A DNA stretch of 64,000 nt from Paraspadella gotoi. Taxonomy: Eukaryota > Animalia > Chaetognatha. Below, in pieces: positions 12,841-25,241 of the stretch. The DNA is taken from the NCBI GenBank assembly GCA_051294375.1, contig CM119264.1, forward strand, positions 13,784,813-13,848,812, read 5' to 3'. A program made the translations under genes and the position numbers. The notes below the pieces were generated by a model. The model saw only the letters and a program-made list of their open reading frames with translations, did not search any database and was not told where the DNA came from. Each line of letters opens with the position of its first letter. Within the stretch, counting starts at the first letter, position 1.

Positions 12841-15813
12841 TTTAGTCGGGATTGCTTATTCAGCAGTATCTCTCGACTCTATAATCCACTTTCTTATAAA
12901 CTCACTTTTTCCTGGTCCGATCGTCCGCCCCTCAAGCTATTGTTGCCCGGGCACACACTTATATCATGTCAGAACATTCGAATTATGAATAAATTAGTGC
13001 AAAAAAATGATGTCGTGCCGTCCGTCCGTCTGTCGTGTCCGTCCGTCCGTACGTCCGGTCGGTCCGTCCCACCTAGCAAAAACACCAATCTACTCGTGAT
13101 TGGATGGAATGGAATTCTAAATGAAATTTTGTGTGTGGATAGGCTAACGTGGTGTGATGAGCCTGGATATTAAGTTTCGATGGAATCGTCCGATGGAAAT
13201 GAGGTTTTAAATGGGAAAACAAAAAAAAAATATAGTTCACTATTTGAACATCCTAATTCTCATGGAGTGGTTATGGGGCTGATTGGACCCATGGATTTTA
13301 ATGTGGGTAGGAAAGTGGTGTGATTTGCAACATGGAAGTAGTTTCGATGGAATAGTTTAGATGGATAATGAGTTTCAATGGAAAAAAGCAAAAGATAGCC
13401 TGTTTAACTAATTGAGTTATGCTTATCTTGTTTCCTTTTTATATTATTAAATGTATCTGCAAGGATGTATAAATAAATCAATATAATTAATCAGTAATTT
13501 AATCAATTAGTAAATAAATTAATCATAATTATTAATTTAGTCAATCAATCCGTTCCATCCGTCCATCTTAGCAAAAAGCCCAATAATCTCGTGATTGGCT
13601 GGTTGGAATTGGAATTAAATTTTGTGTGTGGGTAGGAAGTGTGTAGATAAAGCTGGATATAAAATTCTCGATGGATATCGTTGTGAGGTGGAAATTAGTT
13701 TAAATGGAAAAACATAAGTCGAATTTACTAAAAATCTTTTTAACTTATGTTTAACCAATAAAAACTGCCATTAATTCAGTAATTGGATGGATAATTGAGT
13801 TGAAATTTTCTGTGTGGGTAGGAAACGTATTGACGAACGTTGATATAAAGTTTCAGTGGAAACGTACCAAGTGGAAATGATTTTAAATGAAAAAAATATG
13901 AGTCACATTTACTTGAATCTTTTTATTTATTTTTAACCCATGAATAGATTGAGATGACAATTTTGTGAGTCCGTAAGGAAAAGTGAGTGAGAAGCTGATA
14001 TAGGAAGGTTTTGACGGAATGCCAGAGTTGAAAAAATGACTGCAAAGTTGAAAAAATGATGCAAGTTAAAAAAATCTTAAAGCATAAGGATCGTTGCTAT
14101 TGCATAAAAGAGAGAGACGAAGAGAGAGACATAGAGAGAGTGAGAGAGAGAGAGAGAGATGAGAGAAGAGAAGTAGAGGAATGTGAGGGAGAGAGGAGGA
14201 GGGGAGAGAAGGAGACATAAAATAAAAAAATCTGTAGAAAGACTCAAGATCGAGCCAGAGCCCACTATCATAGAAATGTAATGAAAAACCGGGAAAAAAG
14301 AACGAATAATCGAATTGCGATAATAACGAATTGTTGAATGTACTAGTAATTGATTGAGGTACAACTAATTGATTGAGTGGTAATAGTAATTTTAATGATG
14401 TAATAGGAATTGATTATTGATTCGCATGAATAATCAATTATTGATGCGATGATAGTCAGTTCAAACTGCTGTGATGATGAGTCATGTCAGTGATCGCGAT
14501 GATTGTCATTCATGATCGAGTGATTGTCATTCATGTGATGCGATGAATAGTCCAATAAAAACACAAATCGTGTAATGATGAAAGAGAAGAGATGAGAGAG
14601 AAGAGAGAGAGAGAGAAGAGATGGAAGAGAGAGAGAGTAGGAGAGTAGAGAGAGAGAAAGGAAAGAAAGAGAAGTTAGAGATGAAGGGCGAAACAAGAGA
14701 CACGTCAACGGGAAAAGTCTCGCGATGAAATATATGGGATTTTTGTATTGAAAAGACGAAGCGCGGAATAAATGGCAATTAATAAAAAGTTTTTTGCAAG
14801 GAAGAAAATAATACAGAATTTTTAAAAACAAACGATCACGAAATGAAAAGATCGACAGATAGGGACAGAACACACACAGAGAGACAGAGAGACAGAGAGA
14901 GACGAGAAGAAAAAAGAGAAGAGAGAGAGAGAGAAGACAGCCGCTGCGAAGAAAGAAAAAGAGAAAGAGGCGATATATAATCAATTAAAAAGAGAGAAAG
15001 CCTAGCAGCCCGCTTTACCTCGTTAAGAATGCAGCAGTAACTTGATGGCAGCCGCACGTAGCGGAGCTATTCTCTACCGAAAGGACCCTGGTTGCGCGCC
15101 CTGTTCGCGGCATTCGTTGTTTACATTAGTGGAAGCCCACATGTTGAATCTAAAAAATTTTTTCTGTAAAAGAAAAAGAGGAGAGAGAGAGAGAGAGGAG
15201 AAGAGAGAGAGAGAGAAAGAAGCTGGACAGTATCGCTGCGAGCGGAACCGTTTTTTAAGAAGAAGCAAGGACGGAGGAAGAAGAGAGAGAGAGAGAGAGC
15301 TGACATATAAATTAAATAGTTTTTGTTTTTGATAAATAGAACAGTAAACAAACATACGCAAATATTGATATGAAACACTGAGAATTTTAAAGATCTGATG
15401 ATTAGAAGCCATGAGGTATGAAAGTTCAACCCCTATGATAGTATACAACTTTCGAAGCATGTTGCAAGAAAAAGGAGCGAGGACCGAAAGCTAAACATAA
15501 AAATTCTAGAAGACAGGCGGGCTTTGCCTACCCTGCTCGATTAAATGAGGATATTTGTTTGTTTTGATTAAAATGTAAACAAAACATTTATAACTGCTCC
15601 TGACTCAATTTTATAAGGAACATCGATGATGGACAAGCTGAATATTAAATTATAATTAATCTATTATATTAATAATTAATTATTATTAATTAATAAATTA
15701 TTTAAAATATTATAAATCTATTATTAATTAAAATTAATCTTATTAATAATATAATAATTAATTAATTATCGTAGGCAGATTCCGTATCTATTTGTTTCTG
15801 CTAAACTGCTGTT
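12841..15813 (+). mobile_element. Non-autonomous Helentron/HINE (DINE-1-like) insertion, possibly composite
   Basis: Absent from the duplicate (empty T-run at 18519-18525), no TSD. 5' hairpin AGTCGGGA..TCTCGACT, inverted subterminal motif CAGCAGT/ACTGCTG, (GTCC)n tract at 13012-13070, degenerate ~165-190 bp internal repeats at 13.1-14.0 kb, 3' hairpin GCAGA..TCTGC. Confidence 0.7.
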
Positions 15814-15844
15814 TCTTTCTTTCTCGTCCAAAAGTAGGAACAAA

Positions 15845-15914
15845 ATGGTTCATCGCCCGGAAGGGGAGAGGCCAGGGTTGTTAACCCAGATTTTTGGTGC
15901 CAATAGAGACAGGG
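15845..15914 (+). CDS. Possible first coding exon (MVHRPEGERPGLLTQIFGANRDR), gene unassigned
   Basis: AAAATGG start context after a pyrimidine tract and AG, strong G|GTAAGT donor. The duplicate at ~18553-18621 has a 1-nt deletion. Confidence 0.3.
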
Positions 15915-16322
15915 GTAAGTGAGACTGAAACTGGGAAGGGAATAATGGGATAGAAAATAAGAGAAACTAACTGAAGTGGTTAAGCTCACTAACGAACGAA
16001 CTAAAATTAAAAGTGAATAAAAATCTGTTAAACACGCTAACGCATCTGTCTAACCCAGCTAACATGTGTCACACTATTTCTTATTTCCGCCACAACTAAT
16101 TAATCATAACTAATTAAGCTTTAAAATTTGAGCCAAGAAACAACTATTTTATTAGTACTGATTGAAAAAAAAAGAAACACATAATGGAGAATTGACATAA
16201 ATGACTTGGATTCGGTTGCCGGTGTCGGATGTGGATTGTCGGCTATCGATTTAGAAATCCGCCACCAGCTGATTATCTTCATTTCCCAGACTCGCGACTG
16301 ACATGACACACTCTCCTCTTTC

Positions 16323-16395
<73 letters not shown>

Positions 16396-16463
16396 GATAT
16401 CAAGGCGTCATAAAACCTTCTCGCCTATCAAAAGACATCCTTTAAAACCAATTTCCATCAATG

Positions 16464-16520
<57 letters not shown>

Positions 16521-19033
16521 CCCCTTCCACATCCATTTTCATTTAAACAAAGAAACCCTTTCTGTCTTCCAAACTGTATTTTCTCTTCGACTCGATCTTA
16601 ATTTCCTTTTCAATTTTCTCGCATTTTCTCCACATGGATTTCACGCTCAATATTTCGATCCATTCTTTTAAAACCCTTTCATTGTCTATGTATATATCAT
16701 TGGTAGCTCATTACCTCAATAACGCATTGGTTTTAACTAAAAATTCGTTCCGATGTCTCCCATAGTTTCTTTCTCCTTCTTCCTTCCTCCTCCTTTCAAC
16801 CTCTTTTTTTATTGCCTCTCGAAATATGAGTCGTTTTTCGTTTTGCATATTTTACAACGCTTTTTCGGTTTTCCCTCTGATTTAAAAATCTTGTTTTCGG
16901 TATTCGCGAAGACGAGGGGAGGCCAGGCGGTCGAAGGCCTTCATTGGTTTCCTTTTTTTTCTTAGATCGACACTGACGTTTGGAATTCGCCTCAGACTTT
17001 CATGAGTCGTAGAAAATCCGCAATTAATGTAATTTTTTTTTCCGGAGAAAATAAATCCGTCCTGATAAAAAAGTTGACCGGAAGAAATCAAACTAAATCA
17101 TGAACACACAAGGGCCGCGATAGAAGTAGGTTGTTGAAAATTGAAGGAACTGAAAAAAAAAACTCAATATGACATTTATTGGCTTAGATTCCGAGCGAAT
17201 AAAAATTAATGGGAGGATTTTAAGAATGAGATTTTTTTTCCTCGACGGAATGAAAATTCCACTGACACAATTTCTCAGTGACAAGTTTTACTGTTAGTTC
17301 CGACCTCATTTTCATCTCCTCCTCCTCCTCCTCCTCCTCCTCTCCCTTTTCTTATCCTCTTCTTCTCTCTCAGTTTCACCTCAAAAAGTACTTCATCCTT
17401 TCTACTCAGATCGCCTCATGGTAATCCTCTCTAATTCTTTCTCATTTTAATCTCTTTTAATCTCGAGGTTATGAATCATTTTTCTTCCTTCGAGTCGCGC
17501 TTTGACCCTCAGACTGAAAGACGGAAGAACGTCGAGGAAAAATGATTAAAAAAAAAAAGAGAAAAAGGATAATGGGAAAGACAAACGAATTGTGGTCTTG
17601 TTCTTCTTAAATGACCCTCTCGGACAGGCTAGCATGGACGAAGAGGATGTTATCTGTATATTGAAAGACGAGACTCCACTTGGCAATTTCATATATTTCA
17701 ATGTTTATATAGACGATTAAACGATTAGATTGAAAGTTAGTATCTAGCTCTCCCTCGCTCTCTCACTCTCAGACACTTATTCGCGAGTTTTATGGCGATT
17801 CCACTATCATTATATATTTTTTTTTGCTTTGATCCTTAAATTAAGCCTATTTTCTCAGGAAGAATCAGTCTCGACCTCAACTCTACTCGTTTCCCTTTTG
17901 TTTCTTAATTTTTGGTCACAAAAATAAGGCGATCGAGCGAAGTTAGTTAACCAAGAATCTAAGGTTATCCCTGTGAGCCTTTTCATCGAGAGAAATAATC
18001 AATCGCGTGAATATCGAAAGCAAAACCGATATTCCGTCTCAGATATCGCGTGTGAAAAATCTTTAAAGAATATCGAGTGCGGAGCGTAAAAGCGTGGGGA
18101 AAATGGCTAAAGATTAAAGAGGGCTTTCCCCTTTTGTGGTCTATAATTTCATAGTCAAAAATCTCATGGTCTCACTATATCTTCCCTTCTGTCCTCCATT
18201 GTCATTAGTATACGTACATTTATTACGGACCTCAAACCACAACCATTCAGTAGTTTAACCCTTCACTGCTTTTTGCCAACTCAACCGAAATTCAATTTTT
18301 CTCTCCTTTTTAACCATTCGTTATTTTCTCTGACTGAAGGCTCTTAACTGTACGCCGATTTAGCCTTAAACATTTCTCGACTTGGACTCAATCAAATTTC
18401 AAAACGAATTTGTTATCCTTTAAAACGAGAAAATCGTTAGAACATTCATAGACAGAAAGAGAGAAAGAGAGAGGGAGAGAAAGAGAAAGAGAATAATCTC
18501 AATGAGGCGAGAGCCATATTTTTTTCTTTCTCGTCCAAAAAGTAGGACAAAAATGGTTCATCGCCCGGAAGGGGAGAGGCCAGGGTTGTTAACCCAGATT
18601 TTGGTGCCAATAGAGACAGGGGTAAGTGAGACTGAAACTGGAAGGGAATAATGGGATAGAAAATAAGAGAAAACTAACTGAAGTGGTTAAGCTCACTAAC
18701 GAACGAACTAAATTTAAAAGTGAATAAAAATCTGTTAAACACGCTAACGCATCTGTCTAACCCAGCTAACATGTGTCACACACTATTTCTTATTTCCGCC
18801 ACAACTAATTAATCATAACTAATTAAGCTTTAAAATTATGAGCCAAGAAACAACTATTTATTAGTACTGATGAAAAAAAAAAAGAAACACATAATGGAGA
18901 ATTGACATAAATGACTTGGATTCGGTTGCCGGGTGTCGGATGTGGATTGTCGGCTATCGATTTAAGAAATACCGCGCCCAACCAGCTGATTATCTTCATT
19001 TCCCAGACTCGCGACTGACATGACACACTCTCT

Positions 19034-19116
<83 letters not shown>

Positions 19117-19185
19117 GATATCAAGCGTCATAAAACCTTCCTCGCCTATCAAGAAGACATCCTTTAAAACCAATTTCCATCAATG

Positions 19186-19239
<54 letters not shown>

Positions 19240-20918
19240 CCTTCCACATCCATTTTCATTTAAACAAAGAAACCCTTTCTGTCTTCCAAACTGTATTTTT
19301 CTCTTCGACTCGATCTTAATTTCCTTTTCAATTTTTCTCCATTTTCCTCCACATAGATTTCACGCTCAATATTTCGATCCATTCTTTTAAACCCTTTCAT
19401 TGTCTATGTATATATCATTGGTAGCTCATTACCTCATAACGCATTGGTTTTAACTAAAAATTCGTTCCGATGTCTCCCATTTAGTTTCTTTCTCCTTCTT
19501 CCTTCCTCCCTCCTTTCAACCTCTTTATTTTATTGCCTCTCGAAATATGAGTCGTTTTTCGTTTTGCATATTTTACAACGCTTTTTCGGTTTTTCCCTCT
19601 GATTTAAAAATCGTGTTTTCGGTATTCGGAAGACGAGGGGAGGCCAGGCGAGTCGAGGCCTTCATTGGTTTCCTTTTTTTTCTTAGATCGACACTGACGT
19701 TTGGAATTCGCCTCAGACTTTCATGAGTCGCAGAAAATCCGCAATTAATGTAATTTTTTTTTCCGGAGAAAATAAATCCGTCCTGATAAAAAAGTTGACC
19801 GGAAGAAAATCAAACTAAATCATGAACACACAAGGGCCGCGATAGAAGTAGGTTGTTGAAAATTGAAGGAACTGAAAAAAAAACTCAATATGACATTTCA
19901 TTGGCTTAGATTCCGAGCGAATAAAAATTAATGGGAGGATTTTAAGAATGAGATTTTTTTTCCTCGACGGAAATGAAAATTCCACTGACACAATTTCTCA
20001 GTGACAAGTTTTACTGTTAGTTCCGACCTCATTTTCATCCTCCTCCTCCTCCTCCTCCTCCTCCTCTCCCTTTTCTTATCCTCTTCTTCTCTCTCAGTTT
20101 CACCTCAAAAAGTCTTCATCTTTCTACTCAGATCGCCTCATGTAATCCTCTCTAATCTCTTTCTCATTTTAATCTCTTTTAATTCTCGAGTTAATGAATC
20201 ATTTTTCTTCCTTCCGAGTCGCTTTGACCCTCAGACTGAAAGGACGGGAAGACGTCGAGGAAAAATGATTAAAAAAAAAAAAGAGAAAAAGGATAATGGG
20301 AAAGACAAACGAATTGTGGTCTTGTTCTTCTTTAAAATGACGCCTCCTCGGACAGCTTAGATGGACGAAAGAGGATTATCTGTATAGAATACAACAACTT
20401 GGCAATAAAAAACTCTACAAACTTTTGTTGAGCTTCGAATTCTTTCAATTTTTTCTTCCTGTTTTTAAGATCTTATCGAATCGAAGAATAGGAAAGTAAC
20501 GTTTGAGCGAAAGAAAGTTTAGCATCCGGTGATGACGGATAAAAACAACAAACGATGTTATTTGAAGAGAGAGAAAGAGAGTGTGTGTGTGTGAGTGTGT
20601 AAAACTCCAACCCCTCACGATATGTGAGAAGTTGGGAGAGTCAACGAGGCTTTGGCAAGCGAAGAGAAAAAATATGGAAATAGAAAGAAGAAAAAAGAAA
20701 TCGGAAACGGATCTCATTTTTGGCGAAGAGATGTCGATGTAGATGTTCCGCCTCGAGAAGGATTTTCGATTCCGGTTTTCATCCTTGGCTTCATCCGGTT
20801 CCATTTCTGGTTCCATCCTTTATCCCACAATCTTGTCTCAAGGTTTTCCCCCTTCTTTTGGTTACTCCTTCGAGACTTTAAAACCGATACTTTAATCCGG
20901 AACGTTGATGATATTATG

Positions 20919-21029
<111 letters not shown>

Positions 21030-21378
21030 AATCGGTGGTCGCCTTGAGTTTTCGCAAAGGGTAAAGGTTTTCTCCAAGTCACGTGATGTAAACAAAAAAC
21101 AGAAGGGGCGCCTTTATCGCTTCCATTAAAACAAAAGCAAATCTTTTTCGACCTCACGTTTCCCCTTTTCGTTTCGGTTCCTCATTACGAAACTTTTTTC
21201 AGGTTTCGAGTTCATTTTTTTCTTCTTACAAATAGGTTTGTGATTGACCGTAAAAGACGATAAATGAATCATGGAGTTAACGTTATTATGTATGCAACAG
21301 ATAAGAGAGAGTGAATTAAATTTCACCGGGGTATTACCGGAGAACAATAGAGTATTCACGATCTCATACTTACATTTG

Positions 21379-21804
21379 TTGAAATATTATATCACTTCAT
21401 TAATATGGAAGCCAGGTACTTAAACAACCAAAGCCTGTCCAAAGTCAGGGGCAAGATAGCTTAATTATTAAATGAATGGATAATTTTTATATTGGTTGTA
21501 TGTACCAATTTCATGAAATTCAGCTCCTTGTATTTTGATGCTGGGCGGAGTACAATATAGTATTTCCCGATCTAATACTTAAGGGAGTGGTCTTTTCATA
21601 CAATTGAAACATTCTTTGAAATAATATATCACTTCATTGATAGGGAAGCCAGGTACTCTGGGAGTGAATAAACGAATCTTGATTGAAAGCTTGCAAGGAT
21701 CTGCAATGTCATTATCTTGTAAGAGTGATGGAGGCCTTAAACCACCAAAGCCTGTCCAAAATCAGGTGCAAGATAACTTATTTATTAAATGAATGGATAA
21801 TTTT
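21379..21804 (+). mobile_element. Family A repeat, ~1.3 units, opposite orientation to the 8.3 kb array
   Basis: Reverse-complement match to the 8581-8905 unit with substitutions and indels. Confidence 0.85.
21713..21775 (+). ncRNA. Twister ribozyme, family A (T2 partner GU mutated to AU)
   Basis: TATCTTGT AA GAGT GA TGG AGGCCT T^AA ACC AC CAAAG CCT G T CCA AA AT C AGG T GCAAGATA. Predicted cut at 21738^21739. Confidence 0.75.
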
Positions 21805-21853
21805 GTTTATTTAAAATTCCTGTTTCTAATTTTATTTATAAACTTTAAGGTAC

Positions 21854-22090
21854 TGTAGTCGGGCATTGCCTAGGTTTATCCCGCCTATAAGCATGACACT
21901 TTCAGTTGTGACCCGGTGGCTCATTGAGTAATGAGTAATGAGTAATGAGTAAAGCTATCAGCTCATTACCACTAGATACCGGGAAGCGTGAGGACGGCTG
22001 TAAGCCGCCTTGGGAGTGTGGCAAACCCTCAAGCCTGGTTCCAAGCCCAGGACCCGTTCCATGGCTGCTAGAGGGGGTTATAGAAGTTCT
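21854..22090 (+). mobile_element. Family B: tRNA-derived SINE-like element with internal twister, copy 1 (B-box region deleted)
   Basis: Colinear with 24809-25035. A-box-like TGGCTCATTGAG at 21917 and a local (TGAGTAA)x4 expansion. Confidence 0.7.
21980..22056 (+). ncRNA. Twister ribozyme (P5-type with P3), family B copy 1
   Basis: CGGG AA GCGT GA GGA CGGCTG T^AA GCC GC [P3 CTTGGG..CTCAAG] CCTG G T TCC AA GC C CAGG A CCCG. T1 TCC/GGA, T2 GC/GC. Predicted cut at 22001^22002. Confidence 0.75.
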
Positions 22091-22618
22091 TGATAATCAT
22101 CTTCAGCCCAGATAGCGCCTTATCCGCAGTATTTTTTTCTTTCCGCCCTTTCATCATCGCGCGCTTCACCTTAACACCCAACGCGCTTTGGAGAATGACG
22201 GTGAAACCTTCTATTTTTCCGCCTTTTCCTTTTTTTCTCCTTTTTTTTTTCTTTTCTTCATCTTCTCTTCCCTCCTTGCCCTTCTCAATGACGGCGGAAA
22301 GGCAAAAAAGGAAGGCGTGTCCTTCTACAGTCAGAGAGACGCGAGTTTTATTGCTTGTTCCTTGTGAAGACAGTTTTAGCGATCGAGCGGAGGTCGGGAG
22401 CTTCAGTGATATGTCGATATGACGAGAAAAACTCGAACAATAAAAAGTGCATCAAATCGCGAGAGACCATGAACTCGGTGCTAATCGTTTCCGAACTCAC
22501 TAAGTTTTTTTTTTTTTTTTGATTGAGGAAACAGGCGAAATAATACACAGTATTCGTCATAAAGATATTTTTTGGTCATTGCAGTCTTTTAATAACCGTA
22601 GGAAAGACCCTCTTCTCT

Positions 22619-22704
<86 letters not shown>

Positions 22705-24119
22705 CATCTCAATCTGGTTTCCATTTCGGAATCTATTCTTGTCTCAACACAAAACTAAATGAAATTAAGACGGAGCACATCGGAATGGATAAATGTGAAG
22801 GAAAGAAAAATTACAATACATAGTGTTGAGAGATTGAATATATAAAAGGGGTGAATGGCAAAAACGATGAAAGTGTTATCAGTCAAACACTAAAAGTTAT
22901 GAAGAACGTTTTAATGATGTTGGATGAAAAAAGAAGATAACATTATCTTTACTACGTTCTATCGATATGAAACAGATGCAGCTTTGTTCAAAGTGACTCA
23001 GCTCGTTATGGAAAACAAAAAAAACCTAACGATGGGGAAGTCAGTGTGGCGTGTAACTCGGCCCTAAATTCAATCCACGTCGCTGGAAAAAAAAAAAGAA
23101 AGAAAAAAAGAAGAATAGATTCTTCGAATTCGCCGCCGAATGGTGGATCATAAAGAGAAACTGTTGTGAATTGAAAGCGGAATGAGAGAAGGGAATGTGA
23201 ATGTAGGATCGATTGAGGCGTGAGACGTGATTTAGAGAGATTGTGAGTCGGTGGCACCGCGAGATGGCGGAACGATTTTTCTTTTCTCCGCTCGGTCGCC
23301 TCGAGCAGTGTGGTGAACAGTGAATAGTCTCACGCGAATCGATTTGTCTGGGAAATACGTTTTTTTTAATATTTTTCTCACGTATAACTTATTCAGTGTT
23401 CACGCGTTTTAGAATAAGGGGTGTGACCTTTCGTCTAACCGCGAACTGGATGTGTCAGTAAGGTTTCGCCCTTTCGCCCTCCGAAGATGGAATTTTAGTT
23501 CGTTTTATGTTTATTCGTGGGCGGTGGCCGAACTAGGACGCTTCGTGGGAAGATCGAGAAGGGTCATTCTAACGCTGATGCGCGTTTATCAGGATCTTTC
23601 TTTCTTTCTGTCTGTTTTTTTTTTTTTTTTTTCTAATCATCATCATCATCATCATCATCGTCATCATCAATCTGGATTTAGTTTCCTCAATAAGCGTTGA
23701 ACGCTCTGCGGCGGCGTTTATCGCTTCGCCGCCACCGCCGCACGCCGCCGCCGCCACGCCGCCGAAAATTCTATTTCGCGACGAACGAGGACTGCGGCGA
23801 TTATTTTTAGAAAATCGCGCGTATCGGGGATGGCGCGTCGATTCGAGCTACAAGCGCATCCCGTGATACCACAGAAATTTACAAGATTTGATCGCACGAA
23901 ATACATTTTTCGGGTTGAAGGCCGAGTTTTTAAGACGCCATTTGGGTATTTTTAACTATTTGTTGCGAGCAGAGACACGCACTAACGCGCATTGGCTGCA
24001 CAGTGCACATGCGTGCGTCCCTTTGAAGGCGCGATTAAAACGCGTCGCCAGCATCGGAGGGCGTGGCGAACGTCGCGCCCGAGACGTGACGCCGAACTCG
24101 TTAGTGCTCTTTCTCTCTC

Positions 24120-24206
<87 letters not shown>

Positions 24207-24808
24207 GTCTCCGACAATAACTTTTTCCATTGTGCGTTTCTCTTTGAAAGTGTGAGTCGATCGCAGGTTTTCATTCTTGTGGTGATTAGCCCGATCCTCA
24301 AGGCCGCTTTTTACCTCCCCCTCTTTCGTCTCCTCTTTTTTCTTTCATTTTCTTTTTTTCCTTTTTTTCTTTTTTCCTCCACTCTTAACTGCCGCCTCCT
24401 CCCACTTTTTCCACTCAACTAATTCAACGTGATTTTACATGTAAAATAGTAAATTAAGATGCGTTAAGTTAATTTTATTAATATTGTTTTGAGTTATTTT
24501 CCTCTCGTTATCACAAAAATATACACTAATGAAAAGCCATCAATTCTAGAAGAAATAGAAGAAAAACGCTGACCAATCTTTTATGAGGAGCTCAAACACC
24601 AGGAGCAACACCCGATGCACCGGCACATAAATCTTTTACGAGATACGGCTCATTTTTTTTCTGCACAATTTTTTTCTTATATTTTTTTTCCTTTTCATAC
24701 GCATTTTACTTCCACTTTGAACTTTGACACTAAGATTTACGGATTCTAGTTTGATACCAAAATATGATAGTAATTGAGACGCACATTGTTATCTAGTATT
24801 AGTAGACT

Positions 24809-25035
24809 TGTAGTCGGGCATGCATATGCATAAGTTCACCCCTTCAGACGTGATCCCCTGGCTCCTCGAGTAAAGCCATGACCACTAGGTACCGGGTTCA
24901 ATCCCAACCCGGTACCTACCCTGCGGAAAGCGTGAGGACGGCCGTAAATCCCCTTGGGTGTCTAGAAAACCCCCAAGCCTGGTTCCAAGCACAGTACCCG
25001 TTCCATGGCTGCTCGAGTGGTTAAAGAAGTTGCGC
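24809..25035 (+). mobile_element. Family B SINE-like element, copy 2
   Basis: A-box-like TGGCTCCTCGAG (24859), B-box GGTTCAATCCC (24895-24905), shared 5' TGTAGTCGGGCAT and 3' CCCGTTCCATGGCTGCT. Confidence 0.7.
24923..25001 (+). ncRNA. Twister ribozyme, family B copy 2, degenerate
   Basis: GCGT GA GGA CGGCCG T^AA ATC CC [CTTGGG..CCCAAG] CCTG G T TCC AA GC A CAG. T2 and the G-C pair closing L4 are mutated. Confidence 0.6.
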
Positions 25036-25145
25036 TGATGAATCCAGAGAAAAAAAATTATGTACAGTTTAACTTTAAAGATATTTTTTCCCCTGGTTGC
25101 TTTGGATTTCTTTGTTAAAAGATGGACCCATTTTTTAATTTTCCT

Positions 25146-25241
<96 letters not shown>

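Larger units (their letters stand above)
11930..20385. repeat. Direct duplication 11930-17657 / 17712-20385; the first copy carries an extra ~3 kb insertion
   Basis: 17712-18520 matches 11930-12840, and 18525-20385 matches 15815-17657. Confidence 0.85.

Noticed and set aside
15020-15140. GC-rich segment with GTGGAAGCCC resembling a twister loop or HDV-like ribozyme
   Set aside because: Loop spacing is wrong and no T1/P2 partners or nested HDV pseudoknot could be built.
25036-25056. CTGATGA...GAAA at the end of family B copy 2
   Set aside because: No stems, and not conserved in copy 1.
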